The notes beneath the pieces are model-generated. The model saw nothing but the letters and a program-made list of their open reading frames with translations, had not been told where the DNA came from and did no database searches. A stretch of 53,318 nt of DNA from a virus. Its lineage: Duplodnaviria; Caudoviricetes. The position numbers and the translations under genes were made by a program. The number at the start of each line of letters is the position of its first letter. Positions within the stretch are counted from its first letter, which is position 1. The DNA lies in IMG/VR virus record IMGVR_UViG_3300037602_000009, positions 1 to 53,318 of that record. One strand, given 5' to 3'. Positions 26,678-36,205 of the stretch are shown piece by piece.

Positions 26678-27130
26678 ATGCCGTACAGCGAGAACTACGC
26701 AACTGATCCCGAGGTCGCGCAGGAAGGTCAGGTTGCTGACACCTCCCCGGCCACGATCCTATCCCGCACCGTCGATGCTGAAATTGGCTTCGGCAAGGCC
26801 GTTCAGAAGGGTGCCAAGCAGCACTCTGTGAAGGCTGCTGTTGACGCCGTTCACGGCATCACCGTGCGGTCGCAGGCAACCGGCGCACGCGCCGCTTCGC
26901 CCGATGTCTACCCGGCCAACGACACGGCTGCCATCATCACCCAGGGTCCGATCTGGGTCAAGGTGGACAGCACGGTTGCGGAAGGAGATGACGTCACCGT
27001 CACCGTCGCCACCGGCCTGTTCGGCACCAAGGCAGTTGCTGCCGGGGTCATCGCCGTCCCGGGTGCGGTGTTCGACACCGGGGCCGCCGCAAACGGCCTC
27101 GCCCGCATCCGCATCAACCTGCCGCAGTAA
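26678..27130 (+). CDS. Head decoration / cement protein
   Basis: Position between protease and MCP; IGFGKAV, G.IWV and beta-rich sequence. Confidence 0.75.
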   Translation: MPYSENYATDPEVAQEGQVADTSPATILSRTVDAEIGFGKAVQKGAKQHSVKAAVDAVHGITVRSQATGARAASPDVYPANDTAAIITQGPIWVKVDSTVAEGDDVTVTVATGLFGTKAVAAGVIAVPGAVFDTGAAANGLARIRINLPQ

Positions 27131-27142
27131 GGACCGCAGACG

Positions 27143-28087
27143 ATGAACAACAACCAGCTCATGGTCGGTGATGCGATGCAGGCGAACCTCGGGTTCGTTG
27201 AGTCGCAGACCGCATACGTGGAGGCCGGTGTCTATCGCACCCGCTTCCCCGCCATCCGTTACCCTGGCCTGATCCCGGTGGATTACTCCGCCCCCGAGTG
27301 GATCAAGACCATCACTTACTACAGCATGGACATCTCGGGCCGTGCTGACTGGATCGGGGACCGCGCAAGCGACATCCCGGTTGTCGGCACCCGTCTGGCG
27401 CAGGATGAAACTGCCATCCAGATGGCCGGCATTGGGTATGACTATGGCCTTGAAGAGGTCAACCAGGCCCTCATGCTCGGCATGAACCTGCCCGGCGAGA
27501 AGGCCGCTGCTGCGCGCCTGATCTATGAGCGCACCGTGGACAACATCGCCTTCACCGGCGACACCGAGAAGGGCTGGAAGGGGCTGTACAACAACACCTC
27601 TGTGACGGCTATCGCGGCGACCAACGGTGACTGGGACCTCGGCACGACCACTGAGGATCAAATCCTTGCTGACGTGAACGAGCTTCTGGGCGGTGTCTAC
27701 ACGGCCACCAATGAAATCGCCATGGCGGACACGCTTCTGCTGCCGAGCCTCAAGCTCCAGAAGATCGCGTCCACCCGCCTGGGCGACGGCAACGGTGCCC
27801 TGACCATCCTCCAGTTCCTCCAGCAGGCCAACGTCTACACGGCGGAAACGGGCAACCCGCTCCGCATTCGTGGCGCACGCGGCCTGAATACGGCAGGCGC
27901 TGGTGGTACGGCCCGCATGGTCGCATACCGCAACAGCCCGGAAGTGCTCAAGATGCACATCCCGATGCGCCACCGCTTCCTGCCGGTCCAGATCGTCGGC
28001 CTGACCTACAAGGTCCCCGGCATCTTCCGTCTGGGCCCCCTGGACATCCGCCTTCCCAAGGAAGTGCGCTACAGCGACGGCATCTGA
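27143..28087 (+). CDS. Major capsid protein (DUF2184 type)
   Basis: LIPVD, YDYGLEE, DNIAFTGD...GLYN and RMVAY...HIPM motifs. Confidence 0.9.
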   Translation: MNNNQLMVGDAMQANLGFVESQTAYVEAGVYRTRFPAIRYPGLIPVDYSAPEWIKTITYYSMDISGRADWIGDRASDIPVVGTRLAQDETAIQMAGIGYDYGLEEVNQALMLGMNLPGEKAAAARLIYERTVDNIAFTGDTEKGWKGLYNNTSVTAIAATNGDWDLGTTTEDQILADVNELLGGVYTATNEIAMADTLLLPSLKLQKIASTRLGDGNGALTILQFLQQANVYTAETGNPLRIRGARGLNTAGAGGTARMVAYRNSPEVLKMHIPMRHRFLPVQIVGLTYKVPGIFRLGPLDIRLPKEVRYSDGI

Positions 28088-28112
28088 TCGGTTACTGTAT
28101 AGTGCGAACCTC

Positions 28113-28138
28113 GCCCCGGCTCCTCTGGACGCCGGGGC
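28113..28138 (+). terminator. Stem-loop after the major capsid gene
   Basis: GCCCCGGC...GCCGGGGC inverted repeat; no clear U-tract. Confidence 0.4.
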
Positions 28139-28180
28139 TGAGGCATCAGAAAGACCCCAACCCCTCAATGGAGGAATGAA

Positions 28181-28615
28181 ATGACCAAGGTGACTAACAA
28201 CCATGAAGGCCTCCTCAACGTGGCCGGTGTGGACGTTCGCCCGGGTGCCACCGTTGAGGTGGACACTGCAAAGTTCAAGAAGTGGGCCAACGGCGGCGCT
28301 GCCAAGCAGTGGCTTGCAGCTGGTGTGATTGCGTCCGATACCAAGGTGGATACCAAGGCCAAGGACACCAACACTGATCCTCAGACCGAACGCCAGAAGC
28401 TGGAAGCCCAGGCTGCCGGCCTCGGCATCGCCTTCGATGCTGAAACGTCCGATGAGGACCTGACCAACGCCATCTCTGAAGCCCAGGAAGCGGCCCAGAC
28501 GGCGGAACGCGACACCCTCCTCAAGAAGGCCCGCGACCTCGGGCTGAACCCGAATGCCAACACCGGCACGGAAAAGCTCAAGAAGATGATCGCTGACAAG
28601 AAGGCTCAGCAGTAA
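28181..28615 (+). CDS. Hypothetical virion-associated protein (HeH/LEM-like repeats)
   Basis: GGAGG RBS; two L..LG....N/T...L repeats. Confidence 0.7.
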   Translation: MTKVTNNHEGLLNVAGVDVRPGATVEVDTAKFKKWANGGAAKQWLAAGVIASDTKVDTKAKDTNTDPQTERQKLEAQAAGLGIAFDAETSDEDLTNAISEAQEAAQTAERDTLLKKARDLGLNPNANTGTEKLKKMIADKKAQQ

Positions 28616-28618
28616 GCT

Positions 28619-29026
28619 ATGGTTGCGACGCCCTCGGCAGCAGACGTCAAGGCACGTTACCCGGAGTTCACCGGGGTCAGCGATGCCTTGATCACGTCTG
28701 TGATTGCCGAGGCGTCCCCCATGGTGGACGATGAATGGCATGAGCCGGACCAGAAGCCCGCAATCATGGCATTCACCGCTCACCTATTGGCCATGGAAGG
28801 CTATCCCGCCCGCGCCTCGCTCCCGGCAGGCTCGCCCCTTCCCGCGTCGGCTGGTCGTGAGATCGTCATGCGCAAGGTCGGTGACGTCACCACTCAATAT
28901 GCCCAAGCCTCCAGCGGTGCGGAAAGCGCCTCCACTGGGCTCCTGGGCTCCCTCGCCCTCACCGTGTATGGTCGCCGGTTCGCTCAACTCCTGAAGTTGA
29001 ACGCCCCCGCCATCGGGCTGGTGTAA
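28619..29026 (+). CDS. Head-tail adaptor (DUF4054)
   Basis: KARYPEF, TAHLL, KVGDV...Y and TVYGRRF. Confidence 0.85.
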   Translation: MVATPSAADVKARYPEFTGVSDALITSVIAEASPMVDDEWHEPDQKPAIMAFTAHLLAMEGYPARASLPAGSPLPASAGREIVMRKVGDVTTQYAQASSGAESASTGLLGSLALTVYGRRFAQLLKLNAPAIGLV

Positions 29027-29027
29027 T

Positions 29028-29486
29028 TTGGCAGGCCGGGTCATCCGGCGGCAGCACATCAAGCTGCCCAAGGCCATCACCGGACCTCGCCAGGTCAAGG
29101 TCGGCTTCCCCCGAGGCAAGACGGATGGGGGCGTGATTGATCGCGCCATCTGGAACCACTACGGCACCCGGGGCGGAGCTTCCGGCGGCGGCTGGGGCGG
29201 CCCGATCCCGGCGCGACCCTTCCTGCTCAACGCCATCCGCAAGAACCGGCGCAAGTATCTTGAAGCCATGAAGACAGCCGGGGCCAAGATATTGCGCGGT
29301 GAGGCGACCCTTGAGCAGACTATGAACAAGCTCGGGGCTCTGGCTCAGGGAGACATCCAGGAGGAGATCACCAACCTGCGGACGCCTCCCAATAGCCCGA
29401 CCACGATTGCCATGAAGGGGTCCGACAATCCCCTCATCGACACAGGTGAAATGCGCTCCAAGGTGACGTGGGAGGTCAAGCGGTGA
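29028..29486 (+). CDS. Neck / tail completion protein
   Basis: VKVGF, IPARPFL, PPNSPTTIAMKGSDNPLIDTGEM. Confidence 0.85.
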   Translation: MAGRVIRRQHIKLPKAITGPRQVKVGFPRGKTDGGVIDRAIWNHYGTRGGASGGGWGGPIPARPFLLNAIRKNRRKYLEAMKTAGAKILRGEATLEQTMNKLGALAQGDIQEEITNLRTPPNSPTTIAMKGSDNPLIDTGEMRSKVTWEVKR

Positions 29487-29815
29487 CGGATGTAGCAGAA
29501 GCGATTGACGCAGAGGCCGTCCCGGTCATTCTTCGCACCCGGTCTGCGGGTACGTATGACGAGCGGGGCAACGGCGTGCCCGGAGCTGAGCAGGAGCAGC
29601 CTATGATGGCCGCTATCCAGCCGGTGTCTGGGCGTCTGCTCCAGGACCTGCCCGAGGGCCTCCGCAGTGAGGTTTCCTATGCCGGTTGGTCCCGGACCAT
29701 GGTTGCCGAGGGATATGAAATCATCTATGGTGGCTCAACTTATCGGGTCGCCCATGTCTGGCCGCGTCCCATGGATGGATTTAACAAGTTCGTGCTGAAG
29801 AGGGCTGAGGGTTGA
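29483..29815 (+). CDS. Head-closure / neck protein
   Basis: G.Y...G, AAIQP, LQDLPEG. Confidence 0.75.
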   Translation: MTDVAEAIDAEAVPVILRTRSAGTYDERGNGVPGAEQEQPMMAAIQPVSGRLLQDLPEGLRSEVSYAGWSRTMVAEGYEIIYGGSTYRVAHVWPRPMDGFNKFVLKRAEG

Positions 29816-30297
29816 CCAACGAGGAGGTACATGAAGAGCTGATTGTTTGGCTCGCTGGCCTTCTTGACCTCAAGGTCATCAAGGACCGTCAGGGCGTTGA
29901 GCGCCCGGCCCTCCCTTATGGCATGGTGGACCTCGCCAACTGGCGCAACCTCCATGAGCACGTTGATGACATCCGCTTCTCCGGGACGGACGTGGTGACA
30001 GCCACCCCCGATCTGGAGATTGAGTGGGTTTTCTTGTTCTTTGTATACGGTGCCCAGGGAGAGAACCTTGTGCGCCGCCTTCAATCGGCGGTACACTTGG
30101 CCCAGCTCCAGGAGCCCTTGCGCCCGCGCCTCACGATCCATGAGGTGTCGAGCGCCAATAGCATTCCTGAGCTTGTGGGCGAAAAGTGGGAGCCCCGGTC
30201 TCAGGTGAACATCGTCGTGCGCGGCAAGTCCAGCGATGGCTTCATTGTTGACGTCATTGAGGAGCACGACTTCACTCTCACAGGAGAAAGGGCCTGA
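29812..30297 (+). CDS. Tail terminator / neck protein
   Basis: Q..ERPALPY, WEPR; position before the sheath gene. Confidence 0.7.
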   Translation: MTNEEVHEELIVWLAGLLDLKVIKDRQGVERPALPYGMVDLANWRNLHEHVDDIRFSGTDVVTATPDLEIEWVFLFFVYGAQGENLVRRLQSAVHLAQLQEPLRPRLTIHEVSSANSIPELVGEKWEPRSQVNIVVRGKSSDGFIVDVIEEHDFTLTGERA

Positions 30298-30299
30298 AC

Positions 30300-31454
30300 A
30301 TGGCAAAGCTCCCCTACAGCCGGGTTGTGAATGTCAGCGTGTCGCGCAATGACAACTTCCCCACCCGCCGTGGTTTCGGCACTCAGCTGATCCTCACGCA
30401 CACTGCGGTCGCAGGCAAGGTGGACGCGACCCACCGAACCAAGCTGTATGCCTCCCTTCAGGAGGTCGCGGCGGACTATCCGGCGGGCACTTCCGTGTAC
30501 GCGGCGGCCCTGTCCGCCTTCTCGCAGAACCCCCGGCCCGTCCGCCTCAAGGTCGGCTTTGTCGCCACCCCGGCTGGTGCCGACGCAGCTGCCAAGAAGG
30601 CTGATTTCATCACCGGCCTGGACGCGCTGCTTGACAGCGACCAGAGCTGGTACATGCTCACGCTTGACTCCGCTCTGCGTGATCAGCCGTATCTGGACGG
30701 CCTGGTGGAATGGGTGGAAGCCCAGCCCAAGGTCGCTATGCTCGACAGCAATGACGTCAAGCTCCAGGACCCGGACGACACCACCAACATCGCGGCCCGT
30801 CACAAGGGCACGGTGGAGCGCACGGCTGTGTTCTATCACACGGACGCCAGCGAGTATCTCGCCGCCTCCATGGCCGCGTACATGTCCACCCGCGTCTTTG
30901 ACGACGCTGACAGCGCCTACACCCTGAAGTTCAAGAAGGCCCCCGGCATCAACAACGTTGACATCGGTTCCGCCGCCGTGACCGCCGTGACTGGTTTCGT
31001 GGAGGGTATTGGGCAGACTGAGGATCAGGGTCACTGCGCCAACACCCTCATCGACATCGGTGAGCAGAATTTCCTGGTTGAAGGGTCGATGCTCACCCAG
31101 AACGTGTTCGTGGATGAAATCCACGCCACTGACTGGATCATCGCCCGCACCGAGGAGGAAGCGCTGGCGATGTTCCTCAACAACGCCCGCATCCCCTTCA
31201 CCGATCAGGGCATGCAGCAGCTCGCTTCCATCCCGCGCAACATCATAGCCCAGGCGACCCGGGCCGGTATCGTCGCCCGGGACCTGAACCCCGAAACGGG
31301 CGAATATGAGCCGGCATTCACCATCACGGTGCCGTCCGTGTTCGACGTTCCCGAGGCCCAGCGCAAGGCGCGCATCGCCCCGGCCATCGCCGTCCGGTTC
31401 CGTTATGCTGGTGCGGTCCACTACACCACCATCAACTACACGATGACCTTCTAA
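30300..31454 (+). CDS. Tail sheath protein (DUF3383)
   Basis: SRVVNVSV, FSQNPRP, TLKFKK, FVDEIHATDW, RIPFTDQG and YAGAVH. Confidence 0.9.
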   Translation: MAKLPYSRVVNVSVSRNDNFPTRRGFGTQLILTHTAVAGKVDATHRTKLYASLQEVAADYPAGTSVYAAALSAFSQNPRPVRLKVGFVATPAGADAAAKKADFITGLDALLDSDQSWYMLTLDSALRDQPYLDGLVEWVEAQPKVAMLDSNDVKLQDPDDTTNIAARHKGTVERTAVFYHTDASEYLAASMAAYMSTRVFDDADSAYTLKFKKAPGINNVDIGSAAVTAVTGFVEGIGQTEDQGHCANTLIDIGEQNFLVEGSMLTQNVFVDEIHATDWIIARTEEEALAMFLNNARIPFTDQGMQQLASIPRNIIAQATRAGIVARDLNPETGEYEPAFTITVPSVFDVPEAQRKARIAPAIAVRFRYAGAVHYTTINYTMTF

Positions 31455-31465
31455 GGAGCTGAGCC

Positions 31466-31891
31466 ATGACCATTGCTTACTCTATGCTCAATGTCACGGC
31501 GACCCTGGACGGTCGCCGCGTCGTTGGGCTTATGGACGGGGACAACGCAATCCAGGTTTCCCCCGGCGCAGATGTCGGTACAATGCTGATCGGCGCGGAC
31601 GGCACGCCGCTGTTCAGTCAGTCGGCAGACCGCTCCGCAACCATCACGCTGCGCCTCAAGCCCAACAGCCCGACCCACCGTCAGCTTGTTGAGAAGTGGC
31701 GAGCCCAGCGTGCTGGCATCCTCCGTGGCTTCCCCTTCGACATCATCGACAGCGGGAGCAACGAGGGCGGCAACGGCACGGACTGCTTCATTCAGACCGC
31801 GCCAGACGACACCAAGGGCACCAACGCCACCGTCCGTGAATGGACGCTGGTCACCGGGAACTGGACCCCGAACGTGCCCGACCTGAACTGA
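31466..31891 (+). CDS. Tail tube protein (DUF3277-like)
   Basis: GADG, ITLRLKPNSP and REW motifs; follows the sheath gene. Confidence 0.85.
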   Translation: MTIAYSMLNVTATLDGRRVVGLMDGDNAIQVSPGADVGTMLIGADGTPLFSQSADRSATITLRLKPNSPTHRQLVEKWRAQRAGILRGFPFDIIDSGSNEGGNGTDCFIQTAPDDTKGTNATVREWTLVTGNWTPNVPDLN

Positions 31892-31904
31892 GCGAGGAGA
31901 CGCT

Positions 31905-32351
31905 ATGGCTGAGAAAAAGATTGGTGGCAGGACGTTCCGTGTAGGTCACGTCCTCGCCACAGACGCAATCAAGCTCCAGGTGCGCTTGATGAAGATTGTA
32001 GGCGGGGCCGTGGATCGGCTGCCCGTCATTCTTGCTGGGATGGGCAAGAAGGGCGAAGCAGACCCGGCGGCCAAGGAAGCGTCCAACGCTGCCGCCATCG
32101 CCGCGCTTGCGGACATCTTCAACAAGGCCAACCCGGATGAGGTTGCCAAGCTGATCTCAGACATCGTGTCTATCGCACAGCTCAATACCCCGAGCGGGGC
32201 CTGGGAGCACGTGGACATCGACCAGGAGTTCACCGGCCAGCACATGAAGGACCTGTTCCCTGTGGTCGCATTCGTGCTCCAGGAGGTGCTGGGGGATTTT
32301 TTCGGCGGAGCCCTGGCCAGTGGAAGCCTAAAGAAGGTGCTGGGGTCCTAA
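31905..32351 (+). CDS. Tail assembly chaperone
   Basis: Between tube and tape measure; ends GDFF at slippery GGATTTTTTC. Confidence 0.8.
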   Translation: MAEKKIGGRTFRVGHVLATDAIKLQVRLMKIVGGAVDRLPVILAGMGKKGEADPAAKEASNAAAIAALADIFNKANPDEVAKLISDIVSIAQLNTPSGAWEHVDIDQEFTGQHMKDLFPVVAFVLQEVLGDFFGGALASGSLKKVLGS

Positions 32352-32557
32352 AGCAAGATGAGGTCCGGCGGATCGCGCCGAACCTCAACTTTTTCCTGTG
32401 GCGGCCCATTATATCTGAGCCGCAGATGTATACTCAGCGTGACCTTAGAGAGTGGGTCACCATCGCTGATGTTCTTGACGCCCATGAGGCCCTAGACCTC
32501 AAGGCGGCTGAGTCAGAGAAGGTGAAAGAGGCCCGCAAACCAAATGGCAATCGCTGA
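32297..32557 (+). CDS. -1 frameshift extension of the tail chaperone (gpGT-like)
   Basis: T TTT TTC at 32297-32303; the -1 frame is open to TGA 32557 and reads ...FLWRPII...YTQRDLREWVTIADVLDAHEALD... Confidence 0.8.
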   Translation, partial: FFRRSPGQWKPKEGAGVLKQDEVRRIAPNLNFFLWRPIISEPQMYTQRDLREWVTIADVLDAHEALDLKAAESEKVKEARKPNGNR

Positions 32558-34457
32558 CGAACTCATTGCCCTACTTGGGTTTGAACTGACCGGCGAGGAC
32601 GCGGCCAAGCGCTATGAGGGCACTCTCAAGCGCTTGGAGCGGACTGCCGAGCGCGTTGGCGCGGCTATCGGTACAGCCATCAAGGTCGGGGCCGCCGCCG
32701 GGGCCGCCGCTCTCACCCTCCTGACCCGTTCGGTCATCAGCACTAGTGCTGAATTTGAGAAGTATCAGGCGACCCTTGAGACGATTGAGGGCAGCGCTGA
32801 GAAGGCGCGTGAGTCGCTGGACTGGATTGCCGAGTTCGCCAAGACCACCCCTTATGACGTTGCCCAGGTCACTGAGGCGTTCATCAAGCTCAAGGCATAC
32901 GGCATCGACCCGATTGCGGACGATACGCTGCGCACCCTTGGTGATACGGCCTCCGCTATGGGCAAGGACCTGAATCAGGCCGTTGAGGCACTCGCTGATG
33001 CTCAGACGGGCGAATTTGAGCGCCTCAAGGAGTTTGGCATCAGGGCCAAGCAGCAGGGCGATGAAGTCACCTTCAGCTGGACCAAGAACGGCGAGGAGCT
33101 GACTGAGACTGTCAAGAAGAATGCCACTGAAATCCGGGCATTCCTGCTTGAGACCATGGGCGACCGCTTCACCGGCGCGATGGACCGTCAGAGCCGGACG
33201 TGGAACGGCATGGTGTCCAACCTCGGGGACACGTGGACCGGCTTTCAGCGCCGGATCGGTGAGGCTGGCTTCTTTGAAAAGATCAGCCAGCGCCTAAGCA
33301 GCCTGCTGGACACGATTGAGCGCCTGGACAGCGAAGGTCGCCTTGATGAGTGGGCGACTGCCATCAGCAACACGCTCACTTGGTTCGCAGACATCTTCTG
33401 GGCCGTGGGCACCCGCATTGCTGAAGTCTCAGGCTTCATCATTGACAACTTCGACACCCTGAAGCCCATCGTCATCGGTCTGGGCATTGCGCTCGGGGCG
33501 CTTCTGGTCTGGGCATTCCCTGTCATCAGCGCCTTCATCGCCATCGGGCTCGCCGTTGACGACCTCATTGCCTATCTTCAGGGCGGTGAAAGCGTCATCG
33601 GCTCCTTCATCGAGTGGTGTAAGCAGCTCCCTGAGACGCTCATGGAGGCCGCCGGGGCCTTCGGGACGTGGCTGAGCAACATTGATTGGGGCAAGCTCGG
33701 CAACGACGCGGGCCGCCTGCTCATTGACGCCCTCGCCCTCGCCATCATCACCTATTGGACCACTGTCACCGACATCAGCCGGGCCGTCCTTGACGCCTTC
33801 ACCAATATTGATTGGGGCGCTGTACTCAACGCCATCATCGCTGGTTTCCAGGCCTACATCGACCTGTTCTATGGCTTCTGGGAAGGGGTCGGCACGCGCA
33901 TTGCGGAGCTGGTCAAGGAGTGGTTCAACATCGACCTGGTGGCCATCGGTGCGAAGATGGCCCAGGACATTCTCACCGGCCTCCAGACCCTGGGCGCTGC
34001 TATCCAGGAGTGGTTCAACAGTCTGTTCCAGGAGCCTCAGTGGCTCAAGGACGCCAAGGCCTTCCTCGGGATGGGCCCAGACACCGGCCCGGGAGCCGTC
34101 GCCGCAGAGGTCCAGTCCGGCGGCCAGCCGACGCCTGACCCGGACTTCCAGACCCCGACCTTGGATGACGAGGCCTGGGACTACAAGATGGAGCTTCAGC
34201 GCCAGGAGTGGGAGACCATGTTGAACAACGCCGGGGAGAACATCGCCAAGCTCGCCCCTGACACGGCTGTGGACGCTACCATCACGGATGCCCGGACGGA
34301 TGCCCGCGCCTTCCCGTTGACCAACAACGTGACCGTCAACCAGACTGTGACGCAGGCGACCAATGCCCCCACGGCCGCCGCTAACGCAACCGGCCAGGCT
34401 GTTCAGGGAGCCGTGGCCAACCAGCGCTCGCAGATTGAAACGGAGCCCTCATTCTGA
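32544..34457 (+). CDS. Tape measure protein
   Basis: IADELIALLGF N-terminus; tape_meas motif FAKTTPYDVAQV...GEFERLKEFGI; W/F-spaced repeats. Confidence 0.9.
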   Translation: MAIADELIALLGFELTGEDAAKRYEGTLKRLERTAERVGAAIGTAIKVGAAAGAAALTLLTRSVISTSAEFEKYQATLETIEGSAEKARESLDWIAEFAKTTPYDVAQVTEAFIKLKAYGIDPIADDTLRTLGDTASAMGKDLNQAVEALADAQTGEFERLKEFGIRAKQQGDEVTFSWTKNGEELTETVKKNATEIRAFLLETMGDRFTGAMDRQSRTWNGMVSNLGDTWTGFQRRIGEAGFFEKISQRLSSLLDTIERLDSEGRLDEWATAISNTLTWFADIFWAVGTRIAEVSGFIIDNFDTLKPIVIGLGIALGALLVWAFPVISAFIAIGLAVDDLIAYLQGGESVIGSFIEWCKQLPETLMEAAGAFGTWLSNIDWGKLGNDAGRLLIDALALAIITYWTTVTDISRAVLDAFTNIDWGAVLNAIIAGFQAYIDLFYGFWEGVGTRIAELVKEWFNIDLVAIGAKMAQDILTGLQTLGAAIQEWFNSLFQEPQWLKDAKAFLGMGPDTGPGAVAAEVQSGGQPTPDPDFQTPTLDDEAWDYKMELQRQEWETMLNNAGENIAKLAPDTAVDATITDARTDARAFPLTNNVTVNQTVTQATNAPTAAANATGQAVQGAVANQRSQIETEPSF

Positions 34458-35020
34458 TGACCGTCATTGCTTTCTCCCGCGCCATCGGCCCCGTTCCCAT
34501 CAACTGTATCCTGAGCGAGAAGCACAGCTCAGAGGTTGAGATCACCGGCAACCCCATCGAGACGGGTGCCGAGGTCAATGACCATGCCTACATCAAGCCC
34601 AAGCAGGTTGTCTTGGAGATTGCCGACCGCAACGCGGCCCTGATGTACAATATCCTTGTGCGCTTCCAGGAAAGCCGGGTGCCGTTCTATCTGGTCACCG
34701 GCCTGTCTGTCTACAAGGATATGCTCATTCAGGCGATTGACGCGACCCGGGACAAGACGCACTCCACGATCCTTCATGCTACGGTCACTTGCCGGCAGGT
34801 GATTATCGTCTCCACAGGTTCGGCCCCAGCGGAGGGCGGAGCGCAGCCCTCGGGCAATCCTGGTGGCGCGAATAGCAGGGGCGCGGCTCGCCCGAGCGCT
34901 GAGGCCGCGAATAACCCGACCACGGCCAACCGGACGGCCTCCACCGTCCAGGCCGGTGACAACCCGACCAACGCAGTACCGGCTGAGCGCACTCAGTCGC
35001 TTCTGAGCAGGATGTTCTGA
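34457..35020 (+). CDS. Baseplate / tube initiator (Dit-like)
   Basis: SEKH...ITGNPIETGAEVNDHAY.KP and TGLSVYKDMLI. Confidence 0.8.
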   Translation: MTVIAFSRAIGPVPINCILSEKHSSEVEITGNPIETGAEVNDHAYIKPKQVVLEIADRNAALMYNILVRFQESRVPFYLVTGLSVYKDMLIQAIDATRDKTHSTILHATVTCRQVIIVSTGSAPAEGGAQPSGNPGGANSRGAARPSAEAANNPTTANRTASTVQAGDNPTNAVPAERTQSLLSRMF

Positions 35021-35343
35021 TGATTGAATTTCGCATCCTTGACGAGCCCCGGCAGAAGTTCAGCGTGTTGCTGAACCGTCGCCGCGTGACCTTTGAACTG
35101 TGGTACAGCCTGACCACTGATCGGTGGTCCATGGACCTCGCCATTGACGGGGCTCCGGTCATTCATGGTCGCCGGATCGTGATGGGCGTGGACCTCCTCG
35201 CCCCCTTCAATCTCGGCATCGGCATCGTGTTCGCCTTTCCCGAGGTCGCCGGAGCCGTCCCGGATCGCAACGCCTTGCCCCTGGGCACGGTGAGGATGTA
35301 TCATACCACGCAGGAGGAAGTTGATGCGGCAGTGGCTGCGTAA
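35020..35343 (+). CDS. Baseplate plug/wedge small protein
   Basis: QKFSVLL, WSMDL and G.RIVMGVDLL. Confidence 0.75.
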   Translation: MIEFRILDEPRQKFSVLLNRRRVTFELWYSLTTDRWSMDLAIDGAPVIHGRRIVMGVDLLAPFNLGIGIVFAFPEVAGAVPDRNALPLGTVRMYHTTQEEVDAAVAA

Positions 35344-36205
35344 AGCCCGGGTCACGTTCCCCGGCGGCTTCACAGTCAACCCGAGCAATCGGGTGGAGAC
35401 GCATGAGCTGCGCGTTCAGTTTGACGTCTCCCGGGGCATCTCTGGCTCCCCGAACACCTTCAGCATCAAGCTCTACAACTTGAGCCCAGATCACCGGAAC
35501 GCCTTGGGCCGGGAGCTGGAGACAGTTCAGCTTGAGGCAGGCTACATCCCGCCCGAGGGAGGCGGCAACCTGGGCATCATCGCCAAGGGCCGCATCCGCG
35601 ACTTCCAACACGACCGATCTGGGCCGGACATCATCACGACCGTGAGCTGTGGCGACGGTGATGCCGCATATCGCCGGGCGACGATCAGCAAGACCATTCC
35701 CAAGGGCACCCCCATCCCGGACGTGGTGGAGGAGCTGTACAAAGAGATGGAAAAGCAGGGCATCAGCAAGGGCGAGTGGAAGTTTCCTGATGACGTCCGC
35801 ACGCTCAAGCGGCCCTACAGCATGTGCGGCGGCTGTACCCGGGAGATGGACACACTTGGTCGCGGCAACGGCTTCTATTGGTCCATTCAAAATGAGGTTC
35901 TTGAGATCATACCCGGTGACGGCTATCTTGAGGGCATGATCCTCATCAGTCCTCAGACGGGTATGGTGGGGACCCCGACCATCACCGACAACGGGGTGAA
36001 GGTCAAGGCCCTCCTGAACCCGGACGCCCGGCCCAACCGGCAGGTCAAGGTTGAAAGCGAGGTCCTCCAGATGAACGCCCAGGGGGACACCTACCGCATC
36101 AGTCAGGTGGACTTCTCCGGCGACAATCAGGAGGGGGAGTTTGTCATGAATATCACAGGCGAGGCCCTGAGTGGGGGCAAGGTCGATGAGGGGGTGAAGA
36201 AGTGA
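35321..36205 (+). CDS. Baseplate hub protein
   Basis: RQWLRK, IKLYNLS, LEAGY, WSIQN and TGMVGTP. Confidence 0.8.
   Translation: MMRQWLRKARVTFPGGFTVNPSNRVETHELRVQFDVSRGISGSPNTFSIKLYNLSPDHRNALGRELETVQLEAGYIPPEGGGNLGIIAKGRIRDFQHDRSGPDIITTVSCGDGDAAYRRATISKTIPKGTPIPDVVEELYKEMEKQGISKGEWKFPDDVRTLKRPYSMCGGCTREMDTLGRGNGFYWSIQNEVLEIIPGDGYLEGMILISPQTGMVGTPTITDNGVKVKALLNPDARPNRQVKVESEVLQMNAQGDTYRISQVDFSGDNQEGEFVMNITGEALSGGKVDEGVKK

Noticed and set aside
26759-28783. 674-aa minus-strand ORF
   Set aside because: Antisense to three in-register head genes; no motifs or RBS. The same applies to the other minus-strand ORFs.
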